From contig OZ024750.1 of NCBI GenBank assembly GCA_964016885.1, forward strand, positions 43,586,001-43,650,000: a stretch of 64,000 nt of DNA. The letters are read 5' to 3'. How positions within the stretch are numbered: the stretch's first letter is position 1; the number at the start of each line of letters is the position of its first letter. The translations under genes and the position numbers were made by a program. The DNA comes from Eledone cirrhosa (lineage: Eukaryota). Below the pieces are notes generated by a model. The model was given only the letters and a program-made list of their open reading frames with translations. It was not told the origin of the DNA and did no database searches. Positions 60,821 through 64,000 of this stretch are shown here, piece by piece.

Positions 60821-60858
60821 CCTTTTGAAAAGCAGAAGAACTGCGAACCCGGTAAAGG
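60821..60858 (+). ncRNA. Variant minimal hammerhead-like motif in the PLE 3' region
   Basis: cctt-TTGAAAA-gcag-aagaa-ctgc-GAAC-ccgg-TA-aagg: complete topology, non-canonical core. Confidence 0.55.
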
Positions 60859-60995
60859 AACCAAATAAATATATATATTTAAAAAAAAAATAAGACTTCA
60901 GTTGCATTTTCGATTTCATCCCTTTTTCTTTATACTTCCACTCGTGTAAGACACCTCGGTTATTTTTCATTTTGTAAAAAAAACCTCACTTTCTA

Positions 60996-62545
<1,550 letters not shown>

Positions 62546-62884
62546 ACAGAAAATTGCGCTTTTCAGCAAATCTGATGTCAACGATATCAATGGCGTCTGT
62601 TCAGGATAAGTTTTCGTGTAAATGTTGTACGCCATTGAGGCTTGGTGTAAAATAAGGCTGGAACAGCTGGAATATGGTACGGAAGCATTAGGTTAATATT
62701 TTCTTAATAACAACTAAACTACAGCTGAAGAAAATACGAAGAAAATACGTAAAATATTAGCAAAAATCATCTGTATATCCTTCTGCATACAAACATGTCG
62801 CAATAAATTGGTAAATATGTATGTAGAGGTTTATATATAAATATATATATATATATATATTATACCCACTCCCCCCCCCCCCAC

Positions 62885-62919
<35 letters not shown>

Positions 62920-62940
62920 GTTATATATAGTTATATATAT

Positions 62941-62973
<33 letters not shown>

Positions 62974-63718
62974 ATATCAATTCATATATATATTTATATA
63001 TATATATATATATATGTGTGTGTAGCTGTGTGTGAAGAGAGAGATATATGTATTCATATATACACATATATATTTGTGTGGCATCTTTGAGTGTAAATAT
63101 GTGTATATATACATATACATATATTTACACACACAAACACACACACACACATATATATATAAATATATATATATACACACACAAATAGAACTCTATGTAT
63201 ATGTACGTACGTCTAAATATTTGATATATTAAGCTCATCATTTCTATAAGCTTGTTTCGTTTTTGAAAAAGTATATTGTCTCTCCAGCACACTGTAAGAA
63301 TGTTTTCAAGCCTAAGGTTGCTTCCTTTTTCCCCTTCATTAAGTAAAATTCACAGACATTCCAGGAGAAATGAAGAAACAGCGACATTTTTTGCTTCTTC
63401 TTCTTGTGCTTTTTATTCTTCACTCTTTTTATAGTTCGTTTTATTCATCGTTATTTGAAAATCCAATGACATGTCTAACGACAATACGCGTGTACAAAAA
63501 CACTCTCGCACCAACACAAACACACACACTCACTCACACACTCACACTCACACACATATATATATATATATATACATATATATAAATATATATATTATTT
63601 GTTGATTTATTTATATACACATATATTTGTATATATTTATACACATACACATACATATATATGTGTGTGTATTTATATGTGTGTATATATATATATATAT
63701 GTGTGTATATATATATAT

Positions 63719-63749
<31 letters not shown>

Positions 63750-64000
63750 TATATATATATGACGTTTTCAAGTTCCATTAGGAGGAAAACGTCTGTCAAT
63801 AATAATGAAGCTAACTGATTCTAAAATAAAAATACCCGGATGGAATAATTAACAAGAAATATATATGAAAAATTTAGAGTAAAAAAAAACATCAGTGACA
63901 GACCAAACATAGAAACAAACAAAAGATAAAATAGAGAAATAAGACGACTGTGAGATGTCATCAGAATGGAGAATTATGTACTGAGATGTACAAAACACAC

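Overview
Repeat-saturated eukaryotic non-coding DNA. The repeat families and extreme (TA)n/(CA)n density look cephalopod/octopus-like (inference). I can support no intact host gene; almost all long ORFs are read-throughs of micro- and minisatellites. There is a 200-N gap at 56852-57051. The main signal is a (TA)n-targeted, hammerhead-ribozyme (HHR) retro-system with four parts. (1) A 13.3-copy, near-identical 466-bp tandem array (39923-46128) with one minimal type-I hammerhead per unit, preceded by an inverted partial copy; it is retrozyme-like. (2) A diverged, slightly-longer-than-unit monomer (54989-55455) and a fold-back fragment of the same family. (3) Several unrelated short families that share one fold-back architecture inside (TA)n tracts, plus further minimal HHRs. 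(4) A 3' remnant of a Penelope-like element (GIY-YIG endonuclease plus a variant HHR) embedded in (TA)n, a plausible type of autonomous partner. Also present: many tRNA-derived SINEs (several with TSDs, five stacked head-to-tail), RTE LINE remnants (one amplified into a 99-bp tandem repeat), a non-autonomous Helitron, MITEs and two 42-bp minisatellites.
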